A DNA stretch of 25,265 nt. Origin: Parcubacteria group bacterium CG_4_9_14_0_2_um_filter_35_11. GTDB taxonomy: Bacteria > Patescibacteriota > Minisyncoccia > Minisyncoccales > GCA-002788555. Positions within the stretch are counted from its first letter, which is position 1. The number at the start of each line of letters is the position of its first letter. The translations under genes were made by a program, and so were the position numbers. Below are positions 24,275 to 25,265 of the stretch, piece by piece. The notes beneath the pieces are model-generated. The model was given only the letters and a program-made list of their open reading frames with translations, did not search any database and had not been told where the DNA came from. The DNA lies in NCBI GenBank assembly GCA_002788555.1, contig PFRL01000055.1:1-25265 (forward strand), given 5' to 3'.

Positions 24275-25265
24275 TTAAAAAGATGGAATTTTTGTTTTCC
24301 CTGTGTTAACTATCAACATTTTTTTATTTTTGGGTACTTTATCTCTTATTTGCAACATTAAAGCTAAACCAGCAATTCCCGATGGTTCACAATTTATTCC
24401 TTGAGACTTAGCTATCTCCAAGGCTTCATCTAAATATTCTTCTTTTAATAAATGGACGTCAGATTCTGGGCCACAAAATGCCGCCGTTCGATATAACCTA
24501 ATCCACTGTTCATCATAATGGACAAAGGGCAAATGGGGAGAATAAAGTTTGTCTGCTTTACTATTGGGATTATTAGTAGTAACCCCGAGGAAATTACATC
24601 TCCTTAAAATCCCAACGTCACCTTTAAACCTAGGATCATGAATTCTTGTCGAAACTTCTTTTTTATTGATATTTAATATATTTTCATATAAATTTCCGGT
24701 TCCAAAAGGAATAAAGCAATAGTCTGGAGAGTTGTTTATTATTTCATAACTTAACCAATCATAAAATCTGGTTGTTGGATCTAGGGCTTCATTTGAAGTA
24801 ATATCTAATCCTTCACGATTGTGAGTTAAAATAAGAATTTCTCTCCAGCTAAAAGATTTCTTTGATAAGTCAGTTTCATAAAGTTCGCAACCTAATTTTT
24901 TGAGAGATTTTAGGGCAATTGACTCGATAAATTTTCTGTCATACAAAACTTTCAAATTTGGTAATTTATATTTTTTCAGTACTGTCTGAATAGCAATCGC
25001 AGCTGAACCAAAACTGATAATGGACATCCGAGGCAGAGAACCTTTAAATTGTCCTCTTTTTTTAGCTAATAAAAAGTCTCGATAGGTCACTACCATTTCC
25101 CATGCCATTCTGTCCTTATGAGTTCCGGTGGGGTTAACGCTCTCATCTTTTAACCAAACATTATTAAAGCCCGGAACTTCTATCTTATGGGTTGGGGTGG
25201 CAGGAAATTTAGGACTATCCGGAGGAAATTCTGGATTATTGGGATCGTTTTCCGAAGGGACAACT
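24275..25265 (-). CDS. PLP-dependent fold-type-II enzyme (threonine synthase/dehydratase-like); 5' end beyond the window
   Basis: The frame is open from the window edge through ...VWLKDESVNPTGTHKDRMAW (PLP lysine), so the track start at 25108 is internal. Also FIPFGTGNL, CEPSGIAGLA and LIVNTG. Confidence 0.82.
   Translation of the reverse strand, partial: VVPSENDPNNPEFPPDSPKFPATPTHKIEVPGFNNVWLKDESVNPTGTHKDRMAWEMVVTYRDFLLAKKRGQFKGSLPRMSIISFGSAAIAIQTVLKKYKLPNLKVLYDRKFIESIALKSLKKLGCELYETDLSKKSFSWREILILTHNREGLDITSNEALDPTTRFYDWLSYEIINNSPDYCFIPFGTGNLYENILNINKKEVSTRIHDPRFKGDVGILRRCNFLGVTTNNPNSKADKLYSPHLPFVHYDEQWIRLYRTAAFCGPESDVHLLKEEYLDEALEIAKSQGINCEPSGIAGLALMLQIRDKVPKNKKMLIVNTGKTKIPSF

Noticed and set aside
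24275-25108. Track start at 25108 for the PLP enzyme
   Set aside because: The catalytic Lys motif lies upstream of that Met and the frame stays open to the window edge.

Overview
AT-rich bacterial window in which every real gene lies on the minus strand. The + strand ORFs in the track are antisense shadows. In transcription order (right to left) it holds: a lipid/biotin cluster (PLP fold-II enzyme cut by the window edge, fabZ-like, fabK-like, plsC, biotin carboxylase, BCCP, BirA, carboxyltransferase, DegV); comM; a compact [NiFe]-hydrogenase module (hypC, EamA transporter, DUF6390-like, small and large subunits); trxB; mscS; a tRNA-Arg 5' remnant, an HTH/LAGLIDADG-like gene, tRNA-Arg(CCT) and tRNA-Ala(GGC); tyrS; an NlpC/P60-like protein; a HAD hydrolase carrying an in-frame MITE-like insertion; two more DegV genes; a hypothetical gene; PBP2; and a CIRCE-controlled groES-groEL operon whose leader and spacer are built from TACGAAT/ATTCGTA palindromes. 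The gene complement suggests Patescibacteria (CPR, Parcubacteria-like). That is an inference from memory of gene families, not a database result. If correct, the fatty-acid/phospholipid cluster is the most surprising content. The other leading signals are the tRNA-remnant/endonuclease-like cassette, the in-frame MITE, the cloverleaf groES leader and the minimal hydrogenase maturation set.
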